From Vicugna vicugna (taxonomy: Eukaryota), in the NCBI GenBank assembly GCA_013265495.1, contig MU057744.1:2431370-2495369 (forward strand): a stretch of 64,000 nt of DNA, written 5' to 3'. The stretch's first letter is position 1. Every line of letters begins with the position of its first letter. Positions 49,376 through 63,480 of the stretch are shown here, piece after piece. The position numbers and the translations under genes are program-made. Below the pieces are notes generated by a model. It worked only from the letters and a program-made list of their open reading frames with translations. It searched no databases and was not told the origin of the DNA.

Positions 49376-51399
49376 TATTTCTGGAATTCATATTTTAATT
49401 TTATCATCATCATTACCTCTCTCTGAATTACAATGACTTCACTGGATTTTAACAGCATCCAGCATGGAGCTATGCTTCATGATTTTTGCTGAATGAACGA
49501 ATAACAGAATAAATTCTGTTTTATCTAATCTAATCTTAGGCTTTATTTTGTAGATCAAGGTAATGGATTAAGCTAGGACCAGAGGTTCCCTAGGGCTTAG
49601 AGTCTAGCTTAATTTATATTAGAAATGGCTGAAAGATAGCTATGTTTAACAGATAAGGTTTTAAAAGGGAGAAAAGGGCTAAAGAGCCTTTCTAGAGAAT
49701 TTAGGGACCAAGTTTCAGAGCTGAGAGAGGACATTGGGAAGAACTGAGAAACAGCAAGATAGTGAGAACTGGGAGAAAGGGAGAAGAGATTTGAGTTTTG
49801 TTCCTAATTATAAATTTAACTCTGTCATTCAACTGATTGGCGTGTCCTTAGAAAGTACTGGAAGGATGTTAAATTGCTTAGTAGTTATTTTTGGATGCCA
49901 TTCGAGTACGTCTTTAAATGCTACACTGGCTCAAGATGGAGCCACAACGTAGCTCCACGCTTACTCAGTTTACAGATGAATGTATGGAAATTCCCTTAGA
50001 TAATATCCACAGCTCCAGTCTTGAAATTTTTGAAATCAATTTCAACAATGCAGTTAGAATAGTTTTTCTGAAGCACAACTTAGCCAAGTCTATCTTCTGC
50101 TTAAAACATGTTGGTGGTTTCATTCTTCGGAATAAAATCCTTACCACCACTCATGGTTTCATTATCCAGTCATTTTTCTCTGCATATGGCCTCCTCTCCA
50201 ACATATTTTTTTCTCTTGCTCTCTTTCTCTCTCACAAAGTAAATGGAGTTTTTTGCACTTACTAAAACATTTTGTCCTCTTTGGCTTCTAATAATCTGTA
50301 CATTTGGTTTTTTGCTCTTTAAATTCTTTGTAATTTTCCCTGCCAAACCTGGCTCCTATGTATTTTTCAAAACTCCATTTAGACTAGACGTCTTCCATAA
50401 TATTGACAGAACTGTGATGAGCACATTTCTGTTGTTTATCAGCCACCCAGTCGGTGGCGTTTTGTCACAGCAGCCTGAAAGGACCAGAAAAAACCTAGCA
50501 GTCTCTTAACAAGCATTTAGTAAATATCCAATTAATACATGGCATATCAGTTCACACTTACTACATTTACTACATGAATTCAAAAATAAAGTACCCACTA
50601 TACTTGAAGTATAGGCACTCATTTCTAACAATGTTTTAAGAAAAAGTCAAGATGGCTGCAACTATAAAATATATGAAACAAGTATGTATGGGAAAAAAGA
50701 AAACAAGACGACTATTCTTACAATCAGTTATTATTGAAAAAATCCCATGTATTTGCTGTATCTTTTCCAACATCTCTAGTATCATACGTCTTAATTATGG
50801 GGAAAAAAACATAGTATTACATGTAGTAAAAATGTTAAATGCAGCAGCAATTTCAAATGAGTCACCTTTTTTGGAAAAGACGATAATATATACTGTGTGA
50901 GTCCTTGGTTGATTCTTCACTCATGAAAGCTTATATTTTGTCTTATCTCCAATGATATGGTATCTGACTCAGTGTAAAGACTGGTGATCATTTATTTGAT
51001 TGCGACCATCTGTTCCCTAAAAGTGATTTCTCTCTCTCAGGATTTGGAATGATATCTAGATTCCTAGAGTGTCCTCTTTCTTTCCCCTTAAGGGAAGTTA
51101 CTTTGTTTTGATTACCTATTTCTTTTTCATTCTCCCCTGGGTTTTGTCCTAAATCACCCCTGTCTGAGGGGAGAATGAAGGCAGGAATTACAGAGCTTGA
51201 GCCTAAGAACTACCAGTGACTCCATATCAGAGAAAATAAGTGTGTGTGTCCAGGGGCCCCTGAGGACTTTCCCTCCCCTCTCAGCCTTTCAAATTCCTAT
51301 GCAGCAGCAACAATGTGCAGGAAAGTCCGGACACTTTTTGTACCATGGTTTTCTCTAGGTAAAATATGGAGGTAGAGGAAGAGGAAACCAGAAAACTCA

Positions 51400-51605
51400 C
51401 CTACAGTGGGCAGTGTGTGTCCACTCCGTGCAAAGGGATTTACTTGTAGGATCCATTGAATCCTCACAACAAATTAAGGGCAGGCATTTCAAAGGCCATT
51501 TTAGTAAGAAAATAAAGTATTGTAGACTTGCATAAGGATAATCAGTTAGCCAGTGGCAGAGCTGAATTCAAAGCCAAGTCTGAATAACTTCAAAACACAG
51601 TTTTT
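51400..51605 (-). mobile_element. MIR SINE
   Basis: cattgaatcctcacaac...cagttagccagtggcagagctgaattcaaagccaagtctg. Confidence 0.7.
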
Positions 51606-51729
51606 CCTAAGAGTCTCTGTACCTCATGTGGTTTTATAACAGCCATCTTCCAACTTGTACTTTCAACTTGCTCTACATCAGCTCGTTCAAGTTCACAGGT
51701 GGTTTATAGGTTCTATGGATGTCAAAGTA

Positions 51730-51915
51730 CAGTCAGCCCTTGATGTCCATGTGGGGTCAGTTCCCAACGCAATGCAAACGCTATACAAATAGTTGCCAGT
51801 GCATGACAAATTTAAGTTTTGCTTTTTGGAACTTTGTGGAATTTTTTTTTGAATATTTTCTAACCATAGTTGCCTCAATCTGCAGCTGTGGAGCCTGCAG
51901 ATAGAGGGCTGAGTG
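51730..51915. mobile_element. TcMar-Tigger MITE (MER2 group)
   Basis: TIRs cagtcagccct ... agggctgagtg, preceded by TA. Confidence 0.75.
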
Positions 51916-52042
51916 TGTGCAAGAGGGAGACTGTAAGACATGGTTCTGTCTCGCAAGGTGTAAATAGTTTACTTTGGGAGACAGTACGTGAACCAGTGTA
52001 AAACGTGATAGAATAAGATATAATGAAAATCTGAAGCCACGT

Positions 52043-52142
52043 ATTTTTTCTTTTTCTTTTCTTTCTTTCTCCCTCCCTTCTTCTCTCCCTTCTCCCCCTC
52101 CTCCTTTTCCTTTCTCTTTTCTTCTTTATTTCTTTTTTTTTT
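52043..52142. repeat. Polypyrimidine low-complexity tract
   Basis: About 100 nt that are almost entirely C/T. Confidence 0.9.
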
Positions 52143-52279
52143 AATCAGTTTTTAAGGCTGGAGGGTAAATCTCTTCCAATTACTCCTCTGGCTAGCATTG
52201 GAATTTAAGTGTTAAATCAATGGTATTTTTCTCCAACTTTGTTTAGTTTGACTTTTCTGTATGATTAATATTTCTATAT

Positions 52280-53510
52280 AAATTTTATAATAAATCTAAC
52301 AATTTCTAAAAGATTCCTGTTGGAATTACTGTGGGAAATGTTTGGAATTTACAGATAAATTTGGAATTAAATGACATCTTGAAAATATTAAGTCTTCCGA
52401 TTCATAAGCACAACAAATTTCATCATTTATTTAGTCTTCTTTTATATCTCTCAGTAATTTTCAGTGGTTTTAGTGAAGAGGTCTTGCACACTATTTATCC
52501 CTAAGTATTCCATGATTTTTGCCACAATTATAAAATGTTTCTTAAAATTTCATCTTCAGTTACGGTTATTAGTAATTGAATATTATTTGGAAATTGTTGA
52601 CAAATAACACTCTTTATTTAACTAGCCTTTCATAATACAAAAAGCCATTTCATATTTCTTATATCATTTCGTTATTTCAACAAACTGTGAGGCCATCTGG
52701 GAAGATATTTTTATTTTAGAACAGAAAAAAATATACAGTAGGCATCATTTATTGAAAACTTTTAAGTTACACTTGATGTCATATCCTAAATTTGTATCTT
52801 ACAAGCTTATTAAGTTCGTCTATCAGTTCTAGCAGTTGTTTTACCAGTTTCTTAGGTTTTTCTATGTAGACAACCATGCCATCTGCCTTTTCCTTGTAGT
52901 AACTAGGACAGTCGGTATGAAGTTGGACAGAGATGTGAGAATGGGCATCCCTGATTTGTTCTCAGTCTTTGGGGAAAAGTGCTAACTTTTTATAGGACAT
53001 ACATTTTTATTAGGTTTTGTTTGTTTGTCTTGTTTTTATAGATGCCCTTTATCAGGAAGAAGAAGTTACCTTTAATTGCTAGTTTCTTGAGAATTTATAC
53101 AGTGAAAAAATGTTGACTCTTGACAAATCATTTTTCATCTCCTCCTGACATGATCATAAGGTGTTTTTTGCTTTTATTTATTTTGTTTTAAAATATGGAG
53201 AATTGCACTCGTGATATCTGACTGTTGAACTGACATTGTGTTGTTGGAATAAATCGCACTGGGTCATAGTGAACAATTGCTTTTACATGGTGTTGGATTT
53301 GAGTCACTCATACTTTACTATAGTTTACTGTTAGCAATATTGATGATTTTTCATCTTATTAATGCTTTTGTCAGGTTTTGGTTTTAGGATTATGATGCTT
53401 CATGAAACTAATTGTACAGTACTCCTGTTTCTGTATTTTGATAAGATAAATTTTTTAAAAATGTTTTGTAGAATGCACCAGTAAAGCCATGTGTAACTGA
53501 AATGAATTTT
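52280..53510 (-). mobile_element. Old L1 ORF2 fragments, antisense
   Basis: gagaatgggcatccctgatttgttctcagtcttt; tagatgccctttatcagg; gtagaatgcaccagtaaagccat. Confidence 0.8.
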
Positions 53511-55039
53511 TTGCATTCAGGATGTGTAAAGAATGTTTTCTAATACATAACATCTTACAAAATGAGCCTTTTATCTAAGTGCTGCAAAAGGTCTAATGTA
53601 ACATTAAATCATTCTGATTGTCCATTCATCAAGGGCAAGCTTATCATAGCTTTTGAGGAGACCCTTCAGAGCCCATATACTGTGAAATGCTTAGTCCAAA
53701 TTATTAAAGTGTAGCATAAATTCCTCTAATATATGAGAAATAAAATTTATTTTTCTAATGGCAATTTATAGCTTTTATTTTCATAAAGCAGTGTATGTGT
53801 GGAGAAAATGTACTGATTGGCATAAATATTAAAAATGGACTTTTCTACATCCACTAATCTGAAATTATACATTTATTTAAATTAGACCTTGTAAATGCTC
53901 TTCATGTTATTTAGATAGGCTTTCTCAGAAATTTTAATATGATTAAAACACATAGGCTTGTCAAGTCATTGCCTCTTGCCAGAATTGTTCAGAATTCCAA
54001 ACTTTCTCTGAATCTAAAATATTGAGGTAATCTGAATATGGAGTTCCTTTCAGATGCTATCTTTATAATGAAAATAGGGTAGGGGGTAATGGCACAAATT
54101 TTTAAATGTTCTGCAATACACAGTTCTTTTTCTCATTTTCAAAGGGTGAAAATGATATTGCCATGTGTCTCTCAAGTAATAAATGTGCTTGGTTATACAA
54201 GACACATTTTTCAAAGAAAACAGTCTGACTTTCTCTTAGTTCTTGCCACGAAGTTTTGCTTTTGAGGTCCAGACATAAAATTTCTCATTCCCTATGCCAC
54301 ACTGCGCACACACACACACACACGTACAATGCATTATTTTATTAGTTATTTTTCATCTATGCATCAGCTATACCAGACATTAAGTATTTCTTATTCAGTA
54401 GTTCCTCTTTCATATTAAAATATTATACACCACAAAGTCTGTCTGTAATTAAATCATTGATGTTAAAGAGACAGAGAGAGAGAGAGAAAGCTTTGGCTAG
54501 TATACCCAATGCCCCTGATAATTTGAACATTTTTTAACAAATGGGCTATGTAATCTCAACAAGATTTCCGTCAATCACAAAAAAATATGCTTGGTAAAGC
54601 TGACCATGGTACAGTAATTATGAAGCAGCTGAAATCCCCAAATTTCTTGGCAATTTTCAAGAATATGCTTGTTCAAAGAATGATTTTAGTAGAAGCCAGT
54701 GACTAAATGCCTTTGAATTTTATGTTAACTTGGTCTACTCATGACATTTCATCTCATCAGCAGCGAGACTACATTCTCAAATCATGGTTGCTGAATGCTT
54801 TTAACAGCACAGTGATTACAAGGATGGGACTGAAATTCCTGAGAGGTACAGGAGCTTCAGTTTCTTTCAAGACCAAATGGCCGGCACCACACAGACGTGG
54901 ATGTGCTCCCATGGAGGAGTGCATGTCTTGTGTCATCAACAACCTTAAAGCGGACGTACAAATAAAAATACATGTTATGCAAAATTCTGTGCATATTTTA
55001 TTCTTTACCTCCATTTACGTGATTTACCACAAAAATGTG

Positions 55040-58000
55040 ACTGAGAGTTAGGGAGTGATGGTTTCAGCTCTGACAGGTAAAGCATTTGAATTCAACCATC
55101 CTCATCATTCCAGTAAGAAAAAAGCTGAACAAACTAAAATTTAGTAAACTTTCTCGAACCCATCAGATAACTGAAGAAACATGAAAATCTGCCCTCCCCA
55201 AATCTGGAGACATAAGTGAATCTCGAGAGTTACAGCTGTGATTGGCTTACTCAGAGGAGAAGGCACAGGAGCAGGATGCAGGTGGGAACACTTAAATGGT
55301 AATTCTGAAGATTGCTCGAGGCTGCGTGGGAGCTAGTTCAAGAGAGAAAGTTCTGGGAGCCACAGTCTTAGGGGTTCCCCACAATTTTATGAATTTTGCC
55401 TCAAGGGAACCACCAGGTTCTTATAATGAAAATCCTAAAAGATTACCTCATAGCTCTGACAGAGGAGGAAAAAATTAACCCCCTGAATTAACCAGCACAT
55501 TTCTTAAAGTAGAAGCCTACTCTCCAAGAAGGAAGACTTCCGCAAAGCTTCATCACACCCAGCAGAAGGTTATCAGCCTGACGCTCGCCCGTGCAGCCTT
55601 CCTGCCTAAGCTCAGGAGGCAGAGGAAGTGCTTGTGACGGTCACAGCACAGGCACAAAGGGCCAGTGAGTCCTGAGGTCTAACCATAGGATGACAGGCTG
55701 CTTCCCCTCCCTCACACCTTAACATCACAGCAATAAGACGACAGCCTCGTAACTGTGGATTACAGCTGAAGGGATGGCCAGGCAAAAAGCCTACTTAATG
55801 AGGAAGTTTGAAGACAATAGGGGAATAAAAACAAGGGCATTAGAGGAATACGAAGCCTCTGGGACTTACAGTTAGAGAGAATATAAAACACAGCACAATG
55901 TCTATCCAAATTTACATAAAATCTCACAGAAATTCTATTTTCCTCATTTCCTATTTCTCAGTACATTGCCATAGGTTTTCAACAAAAATTACAAGGTTTA
56001 TGAAAGGCAAGAGTAATCACAGTCTGAAGAGACAAAGCAAGCATGCAAACCAGATTCAGATATGACACGACTGCAACTGTCAGGAGAGAATGGAAAAGAA
56101 CTATGATTTATAGGTAAAGGGCTCTGAAGAAAAAAGGTAGAAACATTCAAGAGATGTTGGGTAATGTCAGTTGAGAAACGTAAAGTCTAAGAAAACAAAT
56201 CAAGTGAAATCTGAGATACCAATGAATGGTAACGGAAATGAAGAATATCTCCTATTGGCTCAACAACAGACTGAACACGATTAATGAAAGAACTGTTCAC
56301 TTAAATACTAGGAAACAGATTCTCCTCAAACTGAGTGAAAACAGAGCAAAGCATCCCAAACAAAAGGGCTATTTCAAAGGTGTTACCACACGTGACTGGA
56401 ATGTTAGGAGAAGATGTAAGCAAGACGGTGCAGACAACATTAGAAATAAAAATGGCCAAGAATGTTTCAAAATTAATGACAGACGCAAAATCAGAAATAC
56501 AGGAAGCTCAAAGAATTCAAAGTAAGACAAATACCAAAAATGCCGTATCTAGCTGTATTATGTTCCAAATGCAGAAACCAAAGACAAACAAAATGATGGA
56601 AGAAGACAGAGGGACAAAAATCTGTTACCTATAGTGGAACAAGAGTCAGAAGTACAGTGGACTTCCAGTCAGAAACCATGCAAACAAAAGACAATAGAGT
56701 GATGTATTTAGAATGTAGAAAGAAAATTTTACCAACATGGAATCCTATATCCCATGAAATTATCCTTCAAAATGCAGGATATATAAATAATTTCAAAAAC
56801 AAATAAATTAAAACAGTGCACTGCTAGGAGCACTACTCTTCAAGAAATCTTAAAAGTTTTCAGAAAAAAAGGAAAACAATTTAGGAAAGACATTTGGGTC
56901 TATATAAGGAAAATAAGAGTGCTGGAAAAGGAATAAATAGAAATAAAATAAAGGGTTTTTTAAAAACATACAGGTTATAAATATATATTCTATTCATACA
57001 AAGTATATATGCATAAGAGAAGGTAAAATAGAATCACAGGAAATGCTCAGTTAACATGAGCTGCTGGGGAAAAAAAGGGAGGGAAAAAAAGAACAAAGGC
57101 AACCAATAAAATGAGCAACAAACATGGTAAACACTAGCCCAATTTTGTGAATCAACACTTTAACTGAAAATGATCTAAAAATATCAATTATAAAAGAAAT
57201 TTTCAAATGGGTAGAAAAGCAAGACTCAACTATACTTTGTCTACAGAAACAAAAATAAGAACCCAACACTTTAAATATAAGATTCAGACAGGTTAAAAAT
57301 TAGGCAGACGATCCAAAAGACCAAAACTGTATTGCAAAGAACAAAGCTGGGGGCTGACAATACCTGACTTCAAGACTTACAGTAAAACTACAGTCATCAA
57401 GACAGTGCGCTACTGGTGAAAAATATACATAAGCGGATTAACGGAACAGAATAGACAGCCCAGAAATAGGCACACGTATGTGTAGTCAGCTGACCTTTGT
57501 CAAGGAACAAAGGCAATACAATAGAAAAGACAGTGTTTTCAACAAAGGGTACTGGGACAATTGGACATTCTCATGCAAAACAATGAATATAGACACAGAC
57601 CTTACACCATTCACAAAAACTGACACAAAATGGATCACAGGCCTAAAAGTAAAAGGCAGAACTGTACAACTGCTAGAAGACAGCATATGAGAAACCGAGA
57701 TGCCCTCAGGTATGTGAGGGCTTCTTAAACACAGCACCAAAGGCGTGATCCATGCAAGAACGGGTAAGCTGGCTTCTTCAAAAGTAAACACTTCTGTTCT
57801 GCAAAAGACAGTGTCAAGAGAATGAGAAGAAAAGCCATCGACTAGGAGAAAATACTGGCAAAAAACATAGCTGAAAAAGAACTGTTAACCAAAATATAAA
57901 AAGAACTCTTAAAACTCAACAATAAAGAAACCAAACTCCATAAAAATAGGCCAAAGACCTGAGCACTTCATCGAAGAAGATACACAGATGGCAAATAAGC

Positions 58001-58550
58001 ACATGAAAAGATGCTCTACATCATATGTCATTAGGAAATTGCAATTAAACAATAAGATATCACTATATAAGTAATAGATTGGCTAAAATCTAACACACTG
58101 ACACCACCAAATGCTAACGAGATGTGGAGAAGGGGAAACTCTCATTCATTGCTGGTGGGGATGCAAAATGGTACAGCCCTTTGGAAGAAGGTTTGGCAGT
58201 TTCTTACAATCTAAACATTCTTTTACTATGCAATCCAGTAATTTAGTTGAAAACTGAATTTCACATAGAAACCTACACTCAGATATTTATAATACTTTGT
58301 TCTTAATGGCCAGAACTTGGATGCCTTCAATAGGTGAACGGATAAATAAACTGAGGTACGTACAGGCAGTGAAATGTTTTTAACACTAAGAGGAAATGAG
58401 CTATTAAGCCACGAAAAGACTTATACGACCTTAAATGCGTGTTTCTAAGTGAAAGATGCCGATCTGGAAAGGCTGCATACTGTATGATTCCGACTAAATG
58501 ACATTCTGGAAAAGGCAAAACTATGAAGGAAGACAGCAAGCACTGAAGAC
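55040..58550 (+). mobile_element. L1M with 5' region, ORF1, ORF2 start, a large internal deletion near 57305, then ORF2 end and 3'UTR
   Basis: ORF1 motif EIQEAQRIQSKTN; EN start aagcaagactcaactatactttgtctacagaaac; late ORF2 tacctgacttcaagacttac. Confidence 0.85.
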
Positions 58551-60237
58551 TGCATACGTGGCTCTTCTTGTATCTATTCTGGACAGCTTCTCTGGAAGAA
58601 AACAGCACAAAACTCCTGGTCAGCCCCACTTTTATCAGTACTATGGTAATGGTTCATCTAACGACTTATGTGATAAATTCACTGAAATACACATTTTTTA
58701 GCTTAAGGACATCATTCAACTGATTTTTTTTCCAACAAACTGAATTTTTCTTTGAGTTTTGGCACTGAGAAGAGACAAGTCAGGAAGCACCGTTGTGAGC
58801 CTGTCAAATTTTTAATTCCAAAGCAGCATGCATGAGAGTTGTCGGGAATAATAATTTTTTGGAATTTTCAGTTCTGGCTACACCAATAATAATCATTAAA
58901 TGTAAAAGACTGAAACATTTATCAAAATTAGTACAGCTGGTAATTTCCATTTCATTAAAATTTATACGTGTTTTCCTTTGTAAATTTTCTTAAACTGTCT
59001 GAGATCCATAAAAACTTTCAAAGTTTATAGATGGAGATCATGAATTCAGCGAAATGTTAAGGAACATTTTGTGGATTGGTTCATTTTTCTTTCCTAAGGA
59101 GAGAAGTCAAAGACTTCATCAGTCTCCTGAAGGGCTCAAGATAAAAACGTCTGATTTCCTACATGAGAGCTAGTTTAATTTCTTTCCAGTACTGTGACTT
59201 CTTTTTGGCTGACACAAAGACTGTGTGTAAATTTCTTCAGTTTAGTCTGCTCTAAATTTTGTTTTGTTTTGTTTCTGAGTTTTAAGAAACTAACTGGAAA
59301 TACTGAGGGAGAGGAAATCCTCCGGGCCAGGGGTGCAGAGGTCAGGGGCTGCTTTCTGAAGCTGAAAATTATAGCAACTTTATATGGTTTAAATCATAAC
59401 TGACACATTCTGAGTATCTGCTACTGGCAGTGGAAGAGTAGTTGTTATGTCGAAGTTGGCAAAATTCAGTTAAATTATTCATATGATGGCAGTCATCAAA
59501 TTTTATCCAAAGAAAACTTCCTTTTTGGTGTTCTCAGGCATCATTAACTTCAGGCACATAAGCTAAGACAGAGCAAAACATGCCTTAGGTCTATAAAAAT
59601 AAAACAACTTCCTGCCCTGCCTCTGCAGATTTAGGACGTGAAACAGTGACTTTCCTATTGCAGGAGCCAGATTCGACTGGGAAGCACTCAGTTCACAAAT
59701 TTATCCCCAAACATAGTATGGTCTCAACACACAACCCTGAAACAGAAAATGGCCCATAATTTTAGAGAAACTGAACCACTTTTGAAAATAAAATTCATAG
59801 TCCTATTTCCTCTCATGTCTATGTCAACACAACAAAACAGTCAAAGCTCAGCTCAATTATTTCAAAAATCTGAACAGCAGATACTGTGTTTATTAGTAAA
59901 TCATTGGATATTTGATTTTCTCAGTTAGTCCCGTAATGTAACGATGGCCCCAGTTATAGCAGGACTGGAGGGAAGCAGCCGGCGGCCACATAAGTGGTGG
60001 CACGTGCAGGGCGCCGGCTGAGTCTCATGCCTCAGGGTCTCAGAGGGGCACTGTCCTGGCTGGGCCGGGGTGGAGCCCTAAGAGCGGCGGCCAGGAGACA
60101 CCCTCGCTGGTGCAGCACCCATGAGTAACGGGAGTCCAGAGACAACAGCCTGGTCTAGAAAATGAGGCGGATACCAAGAGAATCAGGACAGTGGATATGT
60201 TCCAAACCTCAGAGATTTTTTTGATATTTAAAAATCT

Positions 60238-62047
60238 CTACAGCAAAGCCATAAACCCTGACCATACGTCATGAATTCAGACCATTTCAGCGGCTCAGAG
60301 ACATCAAAATTATTTTCCTAATAATACCAAGATTTTGTATTTTTTTTCATTGCCATTCTCTTGTAAGTGTAGAGTGGAGTTTCCAGAGGCTGTATGAAGT
60401 GTAAAAAATGATAAATAAATAAATGAAATACATAGTGTGATGCATGAATTTAGGAGCAAATACAAAAATTTAGCCAGATATTACAGACATTTGCAACAAT
60501 GTAAAACAGTGCCATTCTTCTCACAGTTATTCTTCTTTTCCAATACAGCTGTCAATTTTTAATTCGTTAACGTTTATTTTTCCTTCCGGCTTTATTTAGA
60601 TATAACGGAATAGCACTGTACAAGGCTAAGGTGTGCAGAGTGATTTGATTGACATACACTGTGAAAAGGTTATCAGAGTAAGTTTAGATTGTATCCATTG
60701 TCTCACACAGACACAACATTAAAGAAACAGAAAAAAATTTTTCTTGGGACGAGAACGCTTAGGATTTATTCTCTAAATGACTTTCATATAAAAACATACA
60801 GCAGCATTAATTTTATTTATCGTGTTGTACATTGCATCCCTAGTACTTATTTATCTCATAACTGGAAGTTTGTACTTTTTGATCACCTTCCTCCCATTAC
60901 CATGGCCCCCTATCCCCTGCCACTGGTAACCACAACTCTGATTTCTTTTTCTGTGAGTTTGTTTTTGAAGCATAATTGACCTACAATTCAATGTTAGTTC
61001 CCATTACACAACAGAGTGACAATATTCCTAAACATTCCGAGATGATCACCATGATGTCTAGTTACCATCTACCACTATGCAAAGGTATTCCATAATTATC
61101 AACAAGATTCCCCACCCTGAACATTTTACACCAGTGACATTTATTTTGTACTTATTCATCTGCTTCACCTATTTTTCTCCTCCCAGTCTCTCCCTGCTTC
61201 AGGCAACCACCTGTTTTTCCTCTGTATCACTGACTGTGTTTCTGTTTTATTGTGCTTATTCACCTGTTTTTTAGATTTCACATATAAGTGACATTATATA
61301 TTTGTCTTTCTCTGTCTGACTTACTTCACTTAGCATAAAGTACACTCTAGGTCCATCTATGTTGTTGCAAATGGCAGGGTTTCATTCTTTTTCACGGTGG
61401 AGTAATATTCCATTGTATATATACCACATCTTCTTTATCCATTCGATAGACACTTAGGTTGCTTCCATATCTTGACTGCTGTAAATAGTGCTGCAATGAA
61501 CACAGCGGTGCATGTATCTTTTCTGATTAGTGCTTTCATTTTCTTCAGATAAATATCCAGCAGTGGAACTGCTGGATGGTATAGTAGTTCTGTTTTTAAT
61601 TTTTGAGGAACTTTGATGCTGTTTTCCATAGTGGCTGCACCAATTTACAATCCCACCAACAGTGCATGAGGGTTCCCTTTTCTTGACATCTTTTCCAGCA
61701 TTTGTTATCTGTTGTCTTTTTGAAAACAGCCGCTCCGACATGTGTGAGGTGACACCTCACTGTGGTTTAGATCTGCGTTTCCCTGATGATTAGTGAGGTG
61801 GGGTGTCTTCTCATGGGTCTGTTAGCCATCTTAAAATAGTTATTTAAAAAATATGCTAACATATAATGGATGTATTACTGCTACCTTAAGTGAATTAATA
61901 AATACTTAAAATTTCTTTCAGTTTTAACTTGTAATGTGGTAAATACTAGTAGAAATAACCCATATAAACAAATCCTCTTTGAAGTGCTCAATAACAAATA
62001 AGACTGTAAAGGAGTCATGAGTCAAAAAAAAATGGAGTATCATTTTA
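60238..62047 (+). mobile_element. MER119-like hAT-Charlie MITE split by an L1 insertion
   Basis: 60238-60555 and 61831-62047 are collinear halves of the recalled consensus (gtggagtttccagaggct...; aacccatataaacaaatcctctttg). Confidence 0.7.
60556..61830 (-). mobile_element. L1 3' end, antisense
   Basis: ORF 61435-61629 (DTCTAVFIAALFTAVKIWKQPKC) matches the ORF2 C-terminus and is followed by 3'UTR. Confidence 0.9.
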
Positions 62048-63099
62048 CTGTAACAGATTTAAACTGAGAAATTAATCTTCTCAATAGATGATGCATCTAC
62101 TAAAATTAAATTCATCTTATAAAATTAAACAGATTTTTCCAGTAAAGAAATAAACAGGAAAGACTCAATAATAATCACAGATTTATTCAAACTATACTCA
62201 GATGTGTAAAGGAAAAGTTTTTACCTGACTGAATAATCTGAAAGTTCACACTTTCAAATCAAAAATGATTTGATCCTTTCAAGTTTAATGGTCTTTTCCT
62301 TCATTCAAATAGTCAATATATGTAGTATCCAAGGTTCAGATTCCTACGGATTGCTGAGCTTTGAAGTCTTTTCAGAGAGTCTCTCTCCTGAGTTGAGTGT
62401 TCTCAGAATGCCACTTCTCCTTTCTCCTTTCCTAGGAGCGTCTGGGGTGCGAGGATGTCCACTCTGTTTTTATGAAAGCAGAGAAGGGGATCTGTATGGT
62501 GTCTTACAAATTCACTTTCTGCTGCCGCTCCCATCTGGCCTGTTACCTGGGTTGGCAGCTCTCAAGTGTGATAGATTCCACTGGGAAATTTGAGTTACCT
62601 TAGGATACAGTCTCGGGGTGAACGCCCTGGCCAGTCCTCTTCTCTCTGACTGGCCCTCTGGGTGACACAGGCCCTCTCAGACCTTGTGCATTTCCCACTG
62701 GGGTCCACAGAGACTTTGGAATCCCCTACATCAGGGAAGGTCAGTGCGGTCAGGAGTTTGCCTCCAGGCTCTGCAATGTTCTTCATCTGTTCAGGAGTGT
62801 TTAAAGCCATCCTCAGCAGTGACTGGTCTGAAGGAGCAGGCAGAGGAAATCAGATCCTGGCATATTACTCACTGTCATACGGCCAGGTCCCTCCTACACA
62901 TCCCCGCCTGGGCTGCAGAGGGACAACGCTCACCTCCTCCCAATTTTACAGGGACCGCCCCTGACAACCTCCTCTTCCTTCCTGATTCCATTTCCCCTGA
63001 TAAGCTTTCACACTAATAAGAGAAGACAAATCAGAACTTATTTCAAAAATTATTTATATATATATAATTTTTATATTTTTTATATAATTGGAGAAGAGA

Positions 63100-63480
63100 C
63101 GAAGAGATAGCTTCAGAAATCTTCAAAAAGTACAGCAAACTTTATACCAAATAATAGCAAACATGATGCCAAATAATAAAAGGTCAGAAACATTTATAGC
63201 AAAGTCAAGAACAACACACGGCTGCTCAGTATCTTCTGTAATATTCAACATTTGCCTGCAGTTCTTACATTACACTCTAAGACATTAAAAAAAAGAGATG
63301 TAAATAGAATGGAAGAGAGAGACACAACTGATAACTTTACACTAATGTTATGGCTGATTTGGAAAAGACCGAGGGAATTATCAGTCACACTGGTGGACGT
63401 GTAAGAACTTTTAGTAAAGGGTTCTGCTATAAAATAAATGAGGATGTCAGAGGCTTCAGAATGCCTTTAAAAAGCAAGTA
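63100..63480 (+). mobile_element. Old L1 RT fragment
   Basis: aagtcaagaacaacacacggctgctcagtatc...tattcaaca (SRTTHGC, a degenerate TRQGCPLSP region). Confidence 0.65.

Noticed and set aside
62270..63016. Cluster of overlapping 70-110 aa ORFs
   Set aside because: The GC-richer composition explains the open frames; no recognisable protein, and it is probably an old repeat 5' region.
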